Shown here: in pieces, positions 11,601 to 20,663 of the stretch | Numbering within the stretch: the stretch's first letter is position 1 | Layout of the letters: every line of letters starts with the position of its first letter | Virus record (IMG/VR): IMGVR_UViG_3300027586_000003 | Span: 41,002-105,001 of that record | Direction: 5' to 3' (one strand) | DNA: 64,000 bases | DNA from: a virus | Notes under the pieces: model-generated | Told to the model about the DNA's origin: nothing | Databases searched by the model: none | Seen by the model: the letters and a program-made list of their open reading frames with translations, nothing else | Translations under genes and position numbers: made by a program

Positions 11601-14600
11601 GCCGTAGTAATTGTGTGAGCCGCCAGTCCCCAGTGTGGCCGCCACTGTCACCATTTCAACAAGACCTGTGCTGGTGCTATTTGTTACTGGGCCTGTGATT
11701 GTGTAATTCAGCTTTGTGATGGCTGCACGGGTATTTCCCAAAAGGTCAACAAAAGAGGTTGGGATGGCTGACTGTGTAAGCGGGAGGTAATCAGTCGCGG
11801 CAGCCGTAGCTATTGTGCCGAGGCCAAGCGCAGTCCTCGCACCAGAATCAGTGGAGGCATTCGTGCCGCCGTTGGCTATGGGGAGGACACCCGTTACCTT
11901 GGTGGTGAGGTCTATAGAACCGGCCAACTGCGCGTTGGTGATGGTTCCGGTCAGGAGCGTGGTCGGGATTTCCCCTGCGGAGAGAGTGCCCACGGTGGAG
12001 ATGTCCGTCCCTACCAGCTTGCTCGCTGCAATGCTCCCTGCGAGGTCGGCATCGAGAATCTCACCCGTAAGCACCAACTTTGAGTAGGCGATGGAACCCT
12101 CCAGCATCGCATTCGTAACCTTCAACGCACCAATGGTGGTCGCGTTTCCAACAGAGGTAACGTCACCAGTAAGGTTGGCGTTAGTAGTGACATTTCCGGC
12201 AGTTAGTCCTGAAGCTGTTCCGGTGAGGTTGGTTGCTGTGCCGCCAGATGGGGTGCCGAGTGCGCCACCGGAAAATAGCAGCGTGCTGCTCGCGTCCGGC
12301 AGGGTGAAAATCTTAGTGCTGGTGATTGGGCCTGTGAATTGAACGAAGTCACTGCCAGCAGCAAGTGCGGTGAGGGCGGCATCTAAAGGCTGTTTTGCAT
12401 CAAGTGCCGACTGCAATCCAGAGGTTTTGGCGATGGACAGCGCAGCATCGGCAATGGCCGTAGCCCCATCGGCGGTGCTGGTCACAACGCCTGAGTGATT
12501 CGGGTGGACGTAGAGGTTAGCCCCAGTTGCAATGCCGTCTAATTTGGTCATGGCCGCAGCCGTCATGTGGCCCGCTACGGCTGCTGTGGCGGCTGGAATG
12601 CTGATGGCTGGTGTAGTGCCGCCGGAGGAGACGACGGGGGCGGTGCCAGTAACACCTGTCACCGCGTCGCCGACATAGAGGATATTGCCGTCAGAAACGG
12701 CGGTATCGAATTGAGCCTTCGTGCCGGTGATGCCAACAATCGTTGTCTGGTCGCCTGAGTTTGTTCCAGTCAAGCCGAGGTCAGTCTTCAGCGTAGCCAG
12801 CGTGTTCACTTCAGGCGCACCCGCGTTTGCCGTCTTGCGATAGAAGACGCTCGCCGTCGCTACATCTGCCATCTTCGCCAAGCTCACCGCTGAGTTTGCA
12901 ATGGTGGTTGCCACAGCCCCGGCAACGGTCGTTACATCCCCCGTAAGGGCTGGCATCCGTGCCGCAGGCAGCGTTCCAGAAGCGATGTTCGTCGCGTTGA
13001 GGGCGGTGAGGTTCACGCCGCTGAGAGCAGGCAACGTCGCCGGGAAGCGTGCATCTGCCAACGTGCCAGTGACGTGCGTGCCGCTCAGGTTGACAGCAGC
13101 GGCGGTGATGACTTGAGCGGAAATGCTCAGGTAGTTTTCGCCCGCCAGCGTCACGTCGCCCGTGTTTGTGTTAGAGGATGTCCCGCTGAAAGTTCCGCTC
13201 TGTGTTGCAAGCGTGCCGAGGCCAAGGTTGCTTCGTGCCGAGCTTGCGCTTGCCACGTCACTCAAGTTGTTCGCCGACAGCAGTGCGCCAACGAGGTTGT
13301 GTTCAAGTATGAACCAACTCGCGCCCACCGCCGACTGCGTGCCTCCGGCGTTGTCAGTCTGGCAAATGTATGTGTCTCCTATGTCAACGACTATCCCGCT
13401 CGCTCCGCCAATCTTTCCCGCAACTGTAACGTAGTAAGTGTCGCCCACGCTGCCTGCCGGGTAGTATGGATTGGTCGAGCAGTCTGCGCTCCCTTTCAGT
13501 TCCAGCAGTCCCGTCACGGCAAGGCTCACCGCCGCGCCCACGAAGGCCGTCGTAGCGATTTGAGTCGTGTTAGTGCCTCCGATAGCCGTAGGAGCGGTCG
13601 GGGTTCCTGTGAAGGTTCCACCGTTTATAGTCGGTGACGTGAGCGTTAGTCCTGCAACTGTGGCAGCGGTTGCGCCGAGTGAGACTGCGGTTGAGCCAAT
13701 CGTGACTGCGCTGTTGGAAAGTTTTGCGTTGGCAATCGAACCGTCGAGCATTGAGTTGGTGACTTTTCCTGCTCCAATGGCTGTGACGCCTGCGTTCGTG
13801 ATGGTCACGTCACCAGAAACGGCTACTGAAGCAGCGACGTTGCTCCCGCTGCCAACTAAAATGTTGGCTGAAGTGAGAGCGGTTCCAACGGGGGTGCGGG
13901 CGTCTGATAGGCGCGAGTCGTTGCCCACGCAAGCCGTAGCTCCACTTGTTCCAAAGCCGGGGAATGTGATAATACCGCTGTAAAGCGAGTTCGCCGAATT
14001 GTCGCCTGTGTTTGTGCCGGAGGATGTGCCGCTGAAGTTGCCGTTGATGTCCGAGTTGCCGGACACGGTCAGTTCACGGTTGGCGTTTCCGAGGAACACC
14101 GCCAGCTTTCGATGTCCGGTGAGCGTTTCATCGCTTCCAATTTGAAGGTCGAAGCTGGCTGCACTAGAGCGTATGTCCAAACGCCTTACCCACGTTCTCA
14201 AGGCGGTGACTTCCATCGCCTCAATTGGGGCGTTGTCTGCGGTTCCTGAACTGGAGCCGGGCGCAGCAGAAAAGGCGAGTCCACTGACGCCCGTGCCTGT
14301 CGAGATTCCGCCGGACAAGGTCAGCCAGCCGCCGTGCTTGTTCGTCGCGCCGTTGCTCGCGCCACCGGCCTTCATGGTGAGCGAGTTTCCAGCCGTGTCG
14401 CTGGTGGTGTGGCGATTCATCCCAACTGTTTTTGCAGCGTTGCCGCCGAACGCCAGAGAGGAGCGCAGCCAGATGTCTTGCTCCGTCGTGCCGTCTTGCC
14501 CGTAGGCGGTCAACCAGCCCGCCTGCCAGTTCAACTCGTAGTCAATGGAGCAACGAAGCGAAATTCCCTTGTTGGCCCCGATTCCGAGGTCTGTAGTTCC

Positions 14601-16166
14601 CATCATTAGCCGCGAGCCATTCTGAAAAACGATTCCCGTCGGCTTTACTAACAGGTGGTTTGCCCCGTCATAAGTATCTATGCCGTCGAAAATCACCATC
14701 GTCCCCTTGGAATGGTCGGCGGATAGTTGCACGCCAAGTCCCCAACCCGAAAGCTCGGAGTCGTGGCCGCCAGTGGATTCGGCTATAGTGACCGATGCGT
14801 CGGCGGCCATTGCACCGCCTGAAAGTTTTAGGTATCTTGCATCACCAAGGCTGTTGAAGTCGGTGATTCCGTATCCGCTGATGGTGGTGGGCGTGCCAGT
14901 GAGAGTTGCCCACGCCTGCGTGCCTGTGTGGTTTGCGCGGTCAAGCAGGTTCCCCACAGTGCTGCCTCCGTCCGACACCAGCTTGCCGGTGGTTCCATTA
15001 AAAACCACAACCCGAAGATTTACTGCCGATGAAGGCCCAACAATGTCTCCGGCCCCGTCGCCGGTTGCCCAAACACCATCACCACGGAGGTATGTGTTTG
15101 ATGTCGGCGTCCCAGTGCCAAGTCGCGCCACGGCAATCACTCCGCTCACAACGTCCGCAGCCGCGTGCGTGTGGCTTGCTGCCGCAAAATCACCAGCGGC
15201 ATTGAGTGCGGCACTGCCAAGGCCCAAGGTCGTTCTCGCAGCCGTCGCGCTCGTCAGGTCGGAGAGATTGTTTGCAGCCGCAAGGTAGCTCGAAGTCGCC
15301 GCCGTTGCGATTGTGCCGAGTCCAAGATTGGTTCGCGCCGTGGACGCACTTGCCAAATCTGAAAGGTTGTTAGTTACCGCAAGGTAGCTGGAAGCCGCTG
15401 CCACCGCTATCGTTCCGAGTCCAAGGTTTGTCCGAGCCGTGGACGCGCTCGCCAAGTTAGAAAGATTGTTTGCCGCTGACAAATAATCCTCCGCCGCCGC
15501 CCTAGCCATCGTTCCGAGTCCAAGGTTTGTCCTCGCATCTGACGCGCTGGTTGCACCAGTGCCGCCTTTAGCTATCGCAATCGCTGTTGCAGACCAAACT
15601 CCGGTTAAAACAGTGCCAAGCGTTGCAACTTGCGTTGTGCCAGTCCAAGTCGAAAGTGCGGTGTTTTCAACATCGCTAAGGCTCAGGTCGCTTTTGGTGA
15701 GCGATACTGCCCCGATGTAGCCGTTGACCGACGAAACTTTGTCGGTGTTGTCCACCTTCTGCCAAGTTGATCCGCTGAAGATAATCCAGTCGCCGACAGA
15801 CCAATCGCTCTCGCCGTCAATCGTGGTGGCTCCAGCAACCGATACCTTGTAGTAGTAACCTGCCGTTCCGGTTGCTGAAACGATGGCCGGGCTGTTCGTG
15901 TTGGCGTTCCAAGCTCCACGGTAGTTCAAACCGCCAAGTGCCGCCGCTGGCAACTGAGCCGTCGCAATTTTACCGTCAGCGTCAAGCCCGCATAGACCGC
16001 CAGCCACATTCCTTTGAGCCTCCGCTGGAAACTGAACCGATAAAACCTTCCCGTCGCTGTCGAGTCCGCAAATGCCACCAGCCACATTACGCTTCGCGTC
16101 AATGCGGGCATCAGCCTGCGTTGAAAAATCAAAAATCTGCCTAGCGAGCGGTTTGGTTTCAGCCAT
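8667..16166 (-). CDS. Giant tail fibre / adhesin (2499 aa)
   Basis: Ala/Thr/Gly-rich; YRGAWNA..GYYYKVSVAG domain; tandem NNLSDLASASTARTNLGLG repeats (~15200-15560); PTAPT..NTTQIATTAFV motif; repeated G(N/K)VGIGT beta-helix motifs. Confidence 0.88.
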   Translation of the reverse strand: MAETKPLARQIFDFSTQADARIDAKRNVAGGICGLDSDGKVLSVQFPAEAQRNVAGGLCGLDADGKIATAQLPAAALGGLNYRGAWNANTNSPAIVSATGTAGYYYKVSVAGATTIDGESDWSVGDWIIFSGSTWQKVDNTDKVSSVNGYIGAVSLTKSDLSLSDVENTALSTWTGTTQVATLGTVLTGVWSATAIAIAKGGTGATSASDARTNLGLGTMARAAAEDYLSAANNLSNLASASTARTNLGLGTIAVAAASSYLAVTNNLSDLASASTARTNLGLGTIATAATSSYLAAANNLSDLTSATAARTTLGLGSAALNAAGDFAAASHTHAAADVVSGVIAVARLGTGTPTSNTYLRGDGVWATGDGAGDIVGPSSAVNLRVVVFNGTTGKLVSDGGSTVGNLLDRANHTGTQAWATLTGTPTTISGYGITDFNSLGDARYLKLSGGAMAADASVTIAESTGGHDSELSGWGLGVQLSADHSKGTMVIFDGIDTYDGANHLLVKPTGIVFQNGSRLMMGTTDLGIGANKGISLRCSIDYELNWQAGWLTAYGQDGTTEQDIWLRSSLAFGGNAAKTVGMNRHTTSDTAGNSLTMKAGGASNGATNKHGGWLTLSGGISTGTGVSGLAFSAAPGSSSGTADNAPIEAMEVTALRTWVRRLDIRSSAASFDLQIGSDETLTGHRKLAVFLGNANRELTVSGNSDINGNFSGTSSGTNTGDNSANSLYSGIITFPGFGTSGATACVGNDSRLSDARTPVGTALTSANILVGSGSNVAASVAVSGDVTITNAGVTAIGAGKVTNSMLDGSIANAKLSNSAVTIGSTAVSLGATAATVAGLTLTSPTINGGTFTGTPTAPTAIGGTNTTQIATTAFVGAAVSLAVTGLLELKGSADCSTNPYYPAGSVGDTYYVTVAGKIGGASGIVVDIGDTYICQTDNAGGTQSAVGASWFILEHNLVGALLSANNLSDVASASSARSNLGLGTLATQSGTFSGTSSNTNTGDVTLAGENYLSISAQVITAAAVNLSGTHVTGTLADARFPATLPALSGVNLTALNATNIASGTLPAARMPALTGDVTTVAGAVATTIANSAVSLAKMADVATASVFYRKTANAGAPEVNTLATLKTDLGLTGTNSGDQTTIVGITGTKAQFDTAVSDGNILYVGDAVTGVTGTAPVVSSGGTTPAISIPAATAAVAGHMTAAAMTKLDGIATGANLYVHPNHSGVVTSTADGATAIADAALSIAKTSGLQSALDAKQPLDAALTALAAGSDFVQFTGPITSTKIFTLPDASSTLLFSGGALGTPSGGTATNLTGTASGLTAGNVTTNANLTGDVTSVGNATTIGALKVTNAMLEGSIAYSKLVLTGEILDADLAGSIAASKLVGTDISTVGTLSAGEIPTTLLTGTITNAQLAGSIDLTTKVTGVLPIANGGTNASTDSGARTALGLGTIATAAATDYLPLTQSAIPTSFVDLLGNTRAAITKLNYTITGPVTNSTSTGLVEMVTVAATLGTGGSHNYYGKWIQTVVPATNSENLNAVYASLMYNYHYGTGTLQNCYGTYSLAAQALGAGAVTTLVGAIVNASAQASSGVTNQTGLHIAANRSTSVGGTTADRRAIHISALSSGGTITDTYGLYIGSQTAGTQTNLPFSIYSVDANAKMYHAGNVGIGTTSPGNKLSVNTPVAASEASVFITQDGSFNGKGLLVRRSAVAQVVAPVFAVEDSVGNAYFQVGADGSFSGSNGLSSGIFTIGQGGGGPYLKLNFNGGTKHYRLGTDDAQFYIHDEAAALRRLVISAATGNVGIGTTSPGAKLDISSSFPTVPIPLKVTDQSGYGIYIGNRNQLNFDYGLDADTTSGNSGGINYTGYNGGTTRFRSLTVFDGKQNAIAFFDGSTRKVGIGTASPGAQLQVNAGAAGTIGSIIKLAASATANALEVQNSSGTVLAKINSAGSLHIAISPPDNTGTVYGIRSVLTGGANNNLVAGYFSSIGASSNYGLMVVGAVDITGDTLVQGVINTRSTKSSTLGNLFVGENPTNGVYAAGNGGTIVFGGSTAGQGAVDTTFASIGGVKENSTYMNSLGALVFGTQSTTAGQSVLATVTEKMRITSSGNVGIGTTAPDKVCEINLGPSSALRLTYNDANGSATTYMDTTVSSVGLTTFTAAGSAPSFTFANAVAMAASKALTVATGDNYGLKFSGGGTIEEYSNYMVLSAPYTGFIFYSPQTGTNVLTTDNTSATFLIDVAMGAAKTFYWAGTGCSMTGPAALNLVAYQNFDFTTSGGSGRKVFTIENTGVIRSYYAYTNASNYQRFSINQTANSFTLAAETAGTGAANIDVIIAPAGTGKVGIGTTSPANTLHVFSSGFPARFEKSGGHNVQLANVSNSPYWQFLNSANNAVVAAGLDAASLNLGRGNVQIIGADAPATVTIPARLYVVGDGTNPAAIFNTGKVGIGITIPTSTLHVVGDSNLGGFIVSSAGLLTAGTVPVARITGLTNLEAIYNSMMN

Positions 16167-16167
16167 A

Positions 16168-17502
16168 TTACGCCTTCACATAGTCAATTTTAGGAGCATC
16201 GCCAATTAGCGGAGCAGTTGAAAAAACAATGCCGCTGGTTCCTGACTCTGAATAGCTTCCTGCAACTCTTGACTGCCGAATTCCACGGATATAGACCGCC
16301 GTTGAACCTGCCTTGAAGTCGTAAGCCGTGGTGTAAATCGTGTTTGAACCGTCAACCGTTCCCGTCACAAGCTCGTCCGTCACCAGAGTCCCGTTTTCAC
16401 CGGATTCAATTAGGACGCCACGATAATTCATCACTAGCCCCTTGGCGTCGGTGAGTCCAATCAAGACCGGCTTGGATACCTGACCATCCGCCGCCGGTTC
16501 CGTGGTGGTAATAAACCCCGCTATATCCTCCGAAAGAAAGTAAACCGTTCCAGACTCAAGACCGGACACGCCACGAAGCAATCCGCCGTTGCGAACCAAG
16601 ATAAAATCGTTTCCATCAACGCGCTCCACAATCCCGACAGCCTCCGCGTTCACAACAGAGTTCGCTTGCGCCTTTACGTAATTTGCTCCGTCAAACCGCA
16701 CCACATTCATCGCCGTCAACCCGTGACCGGCCTGCGTCACTGTCTGCCGGTCGCTAAAGTAGCGGGCGTCCAACTCATCCGCTGAAAGGTAAATGTCGCC
16801 TCGCAAAACCGCCGTAACCAGTGCGGCGGGAGTTCCGTGAAGCGTGATGGTTCCGCCCTGAGCGTCCAGCACGCCGCTTGCGGTCAACGTCTCAGCCCCG
16901 TTCGTAACGGTGACCTCATTCGCTCCAAAGGCGATGCGATACGCCTTACCCATCGTCACCGAAACCGCGTAGTCTCCCGCGCCGTCATACACTGCCCCAA
17001 CTCCAATCAGGTTCCCGCCTTGAACCGGATAGTCAGAGTCTTTTGGGGTGCCGGGGTTAAAAACTGTGACGGTTGCGTAACCAGCAATAATCCACTTTCC
17101 AGACGTAGTGCGAAGCGAGCAAACGAGGAAGTAGCTTACGCTCACTTCACTTCCTAAATCAAAGTTTGTTTCGCTGTGTGGAAACTCAAAAACGCAGTGT
17201 TGAGCTATCCCGGCCTGCCAGTCCGCCAGCGTAACGGTTCCAACAATTCCACTAGCATCAACGGAGGCTGTCGCCAGCGCAGCCCCAGAGCGATTTGAAG
17301 TCGGCATGATTTCGATTTTAGCCGACTCGTAAATCGAAGCGTCAACCATCGCGTCGTTGAATGAGAAGCCGCATTCAAAACGCCAGTCGGTCTGCCGCCA
17401 CAAATCAACCCCCTTGCGCGTAATCTCATCACGACTGTCCGCGACGCTGTTCATTGAGAACATCAACCGAACTCTCTCACTGGTGTAAAATGGGGCTGGC
17501 AT
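16168..17502 (-). CDS. Virion structural protein (baseplate/fibre attachment-like)
   Basis: 444 aa; C-terminal YVKAQAN..AVGIV...GLESGTVYFLS..AG..TTTEP and GTVDGSNTIY domains seen in phage structural proteins. Confidence 0.65.
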   Translation of the reverse strand: MPAPFYTSERVRLMFSMNSVADSRDEITRKGVDLWRQTDWRFECGFSFNDAMVDASIYESAKIEIMPTSNRSGAALATASVDASGIVGTVTLADWQAGIAQHCVFEFPHSETNFDLGSEVSVSYFLVCSLRTTSGKWIIAGYATVTVFNPGTPKDSDYPVQGGNLIGVGAVYDGAGDYAVSVTMGKAYRIAFGANEVTVTNGAETLTASGVLDAQGGTITLHGTPAALVTAVLRGDIYLSADELDARYFSDRQTVTQAGHGLTAMNVVRFDGANYVKAQANSVVNAEAVGIVERVDGNDFILVRNGGLLRGVSGLESGTVYFLSEDIAGFITTTEPAADGQVSKPVLIGLTDAKGLVMNYRGVLIESGENGTLVTDELVTGTVDGSNTIYTTAYDFKAGSTAVYIRGIRQSRVAGSYSESGTSGIVFSTAPLIGDAPKIDYVKA

Positions 17503-17504
17503 AG

Positions 17505-17951
17505 TTATTTGGGGTCAGGGATGAGAACCGAACTTGACGGTTTCCCGCCAACAAATGCAAAAGTGGAGATGGTGGTTGCTCCAATAATTTTAACTTGAGT
17601 GTTCGTGAAGCCGCCTTTGATGTAAGCCCACTGAGAGCCATTCGGAGCGTCATCCACATTTCCCTTCCATAAGACTCCAACTCCAGACGTGCCAACCGCA
17701 AGCAGCATCGCGTGCGTGTTCGCGTCGGCTCCGGTGGCGTGAAGTTTTGTTACCACAAAGCCAATTTCGCTTTGATGGTTTCCACGGTTGAAAACCTTAA
17801 CTTCGCTGGCGTAAGTCGGCTGGAAAATATCCAGCACGTTCTTTCCACCAACTCCGGTCAGTTGCAGGGCGTCAGCGTTGCCGCAGATTTCAAGCTCCGC
17901 AGTAGTTGGCGGAGTAGCTGAACTGGTCGCATATCTGAACAAGACAAGCAC
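17505..17951 (-). CDS. Hypothetical tail-region protein
   Basis: 148-aa ORF directly downstream of the tube gene. Confidence 0.6.
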   Translation of the reverse strand: MLVLFRYATSSATPPTTAELEICGNADALQLTGVGGKNVLDIFQPTYASEVKVFNRGNHQSEIGFVVTKLHATGADANTHAMLLAVGTSGVGVLWKGNVDDAPNGSQWAYIKGGFTNTQVKIIGATTISTFAFVGGKPSSSVLIPDPK

Positions 17952-17972
17952 ACACGCAGGCTGTTGTTAAGT

Positions 17973-18950
17973 TTACACTGTCCCTATGACGAACAGTGGA
18001 TCGGGAAGACCAGCGGTGAAATTCCGCGTTGCCACAAACGAGAGTCCGCCGATGCGAGGCGTTGCCGCGCCGAACGCCATGCCGCCCTGCTTAATGGCAG
18101 CTTTGGTGATCGTCACTTTGGGGTCGCCAGCTACGTAGCCTCCAATTACAAGGTCGTTACCAGCAGCAGAAAAGCTTCCGCCGCGCTTTGTAGTGGTTTC
18201 CTGAAGCCCGGTTGCGACAAGAAGCTGCGCCTCCGTTAAGCCAAGCGGCATACAGCTTGCCGACGCATTCAAGTCGGCGAAAACCATGTCTACCACACCC
18301 AGTTCGTCCGTCTCAATCGGCTTCAAGGACATATCGAAGCTCACTTTGAACCCGTTGGATGAATTGAAATTAGTAAAACCGGCCACCGTTCCCCACGTCG
18401 CTTGGTAGCCAACGGTTTTAATGTCGGTGAGCAATAGGGTGCCAAGGTCGGCATCAGTGAACGCGCCTGCGGCTATTGTCATCAAGTTGTTGGCATCGTT
18501 CCAGTCCGTGTTGTCTTCACCGATTCCAGTGAACGTGACCGAGCCGATAGAAGTCTTCGTAGCGGACAACTCCAAGTCAGGCATTTTGGTGATAGCGGCG
18601 GACTTGAGCGTAATCACAGTGCCAGCAAGCGTGTTAATGACTAGCGGAAAGTCCGTGCCTGAGTTGGGCGTGGCGTAACTGGCCGGGTGGAAGATTGATT
18701 TTCCGAGCCGCATTGCAGAGAACGGCCAAAGCACGTTAATGAAGTCTGTCGTAAGCGCACCAACCGGGGTGAACGAAACCTCTACCTTGCGGGCGGTAAT
18801 ACGCTCGTCCAGCTTGCCGTGCGCGGAGGACTCCACGTTGAACGTGTCAAGCGAAGTGGAAAGCTGAATGTCATCCTTGGCGAAAAACTTCTGGCCGCGA
18901 TACGTGACCATCGCTGGCCCTTTGATGATATTATTGCGGATAATTGGCAT
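17973..18950 (-). CDS. Major tail (tube) protein, putative
   Basis: Likely start MPIIRNNIIKGPA at 18950; beta-rich with two similar halves; position after the neck genes. Confidence 0.6.
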   Translation of the reverse strand: MPIIRNNIIKGPAMVTYRGQKFFAKDDIQLSTSLDTFNVESSAHGKLDERITARKVEVSFTPVGALTTDFINVLWPFSAMRLGKSIFHPASYATPNSGTDFPLVINTLAGTVITLKSAAITKMPDLELSATKTSIGSVTFTGIGEDNTDWNDANNLMTIAAGAFTDADLGTLLLTDIKTVGYQATWGTVAGFTNFNSSNGFKVSFDMSLKPIETDELGVVDMVFADLNASASCMPLGLTEAQLLVATGLQETTTKRGGSFSAAGNDLVIGGYVAGDPKVTITKAAIKQGGMAFGAATPRIGGLSFVATRNFTAGLPDPLFVIGTV

Positions 18951-18961
18951 ATTTTTTTTAG

Positions 18962-19684
18962 TTAAGTGAACACTGCACGAACAACATCGCTTGCAATCCA
19001 GCCTGCTTTGAACGCGCAAGCTCGTATGCTTTTTGAGTTCGTAACAGAAAAAGGAACGCTGTAAAGAGAAGAGTTCACATTCCCGGCATAGGGATGCGAG
19101 CCGTCCATAGTGTAATAAATTGCCGCCCCGGACGTGCTACAAGTCAGCGTCACGGTCTGAGGTGCAGCCCCCTCTTTTGGACTGGCTACCGGCTGCGACA
19201 CTTTTAGGTAGGGTTCGCTGTCCGCTTCGTCCGTCTCAAACCTTACCTCGAAAGCGACTGGGGCCAAAGGGTCGTCCACAGGGATGATGCAACTCGACAG
19301 CGGTCGGAACGGCTGGCCGAAGCCATGCGGGCGGAAACCTGCAAGCAAGTCGAACAGTCGGCGCACGATAGCCGTAGCTGACATCAGTGTGCCGGTTGCG
19401 CCTTGATTCACCACTGGGTCTTCCAGCACGCGAAAGGCAAGCCCGATGGTCAATGGCGCACCCGGAACCCCAATCAGTCCGGGGTCTAGCTTCGCCGTCG
19501 GGGCCAGCACGATGATGCACGCGCCCACCTTGCTGCCGCGCTCGTTAAACGTGCCGAGCGAGGAAACCACATCATTCAGAATGTCGCCTTTGCGCTGATT
19601 GATGACCGCCACCTGAGCAAGTCCGGCGTCAGCAACTACCCGGTAGTAGCCTTCATCTTGAAGATTTGTAATGCTGTCACTCAT
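18962..19684 (-). CDS. Tail terminator-like protein with C-terminal Fn3-associated (chitobiase/hexosaminidase C-terminal) domain
   Basis: C-terminus PVASP..G....VTLTCSTSGAAIYYTMDGSHP...YSVPF...IRACAFKAGWIASDV is the Fn3_assoc pattern; position between neck and tube genes. Confidence 0.65.
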   Translation of the reverse strand: MSDSITNLQDEGYYRVVADAGLAQVAVINQRKGDILNDVVSSLGTFNERGSKVGACIIVLAPTAKLDPGLIGVPGAPLTIGLAFRVLEDPVVNQGATGTLMSATAIVRRLFDLLAGFRPHGFGQPFRPLSSCIIPVDDPLAPVAFEVRFETDEADSEPYLKVSQPVASPKEGAAPQTVTLTCSTSGAAIYYTMDGSHPYAGNVNSSLYSVPFSVTNSKSIRACAFKAGWIASDVVRAVFT

Positions 19685-20226
19685 GCTAACGCCTTCCCAA
19701 CTGCATCGTTAATTACTTCTTCAAACCGGTCAGCAGACGGCACCACTGCCGGGTCGCCAGCCTGTCGGACTGACTCTTTCATCACGAACATTCGCCTACC
19801 TGTCATTGGTTCAGCCAAGGCCACCATGCGTGGGCTGCCGTTGATGTAGCGGATGACCGGCTCAAGATTCATGCTGCGCGGTGACTTGCCGTGCGCAAGG
19901 GCGTCAACCGGGATAGCGAGGTAGCGGCCATTTTTCGCAGTGATTACACCGCCGTAAATCCGCTGATTCACGCCCGGCCCGGTCGTCGTGACTCTTGCCC
20001 CCTCCTGCGTTTCAGAGGCCACCGTGTTTCCAGCGAGCTTTTGGTAATAACCAGTCGTAGTCCCGCCCAACTTGTTTGGGTGCGAGCCTCCGTAGCTGAC
20101 CAAGTGCTGCTTTATCTCATCCCTAACTGCCTTCGCTGCAATCATCGCAACCGCCTTCGGATTGAGCTTAGATTTGACGCGCTCAATCTCGGCGAGAATG
20201 TCACCCTTGATGGTGATGGTGGTCAC
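19681..20226 (-). CDS. Neck / virion morphogenesis protein (Mu gpG-like)
   Basis: Likely GTG at 20226; GGVITAKNGRYLAIP...ESVRQ motif; ATGA overlap downstream. Confidence 0.6.
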   Translation of the reverse strand: MTTITIKGDILAEIERVKSKLNPKAVAMIAAKAVRDEIKQHLVSYGGSHPNKLGGTTTGYYQKLAGNTVASETQEGARVTTTGPGVNQRIYGGVITAKNGRYLAIPVDALAHGKSPRSMNLEPVIRYINGSPRMVALAEPMTGRRMFVMKESVRQAGDPAVVPSADRFEEVINDAVGKALA

Positions 20227-20231
20227 GATAA

Positions 20232-20663
20232 CTACACTGTTCGCGGCCCGAACTTGGCATCCAACTCTTTCAGATACGCCTCCATCTCCGGTGACTGCTC
20301 CCACACCGTCCCGTCATCCGGCACAAGGCGGCGGTCAACATCCTTCGGAAACTGCGTGAAGCTCGCTACGTCATTCGGCGTTGGCAACAATTCGACAGCC
20401 CGCGCCGGGTCATCCATCGGCACCACGGACAGATTGTAGTTTCCGCACAGCCTGATAAGGCTGTCGCAGAACAACTCCGGCTCGTCGGTGATGTCCACGC
20501 TCCGCTCGCTCTCCGGGTCAAAAAAGTCCTGCTTGACGACCATTTCCGTCGCGGCGGTGTCCGTCCAGCGCATCCTGCCGTCCGGCAGAAACTCAATCTC
20601 ACCAGCCCAAATTCTCGCCTGTGTTTCACGCGAAAACTCCTGAATTTGAATGTGACGGCTCAT
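20232..20663 (-). CDS. Acidic hypothetical protein coupled to the kinase gene (possible immunity/partner)
   Basis: ATGA overlap with the kinase stop; D/E-rich 143 aa. Confidence 0.6.
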   Translation of the reverse strand: MSRHIQIQEFSRETQARIWAGEIEFLPDGRMRWTDTAATEMVVKQDFFDPESERSVDITDEPELFCDSLIRLCGNYNLSVVPMDDPARAVELLPTPNDVASFTQFPKDVDRRLVPDDGTVWEQSPEMEAYLKELDAKFGPRTV

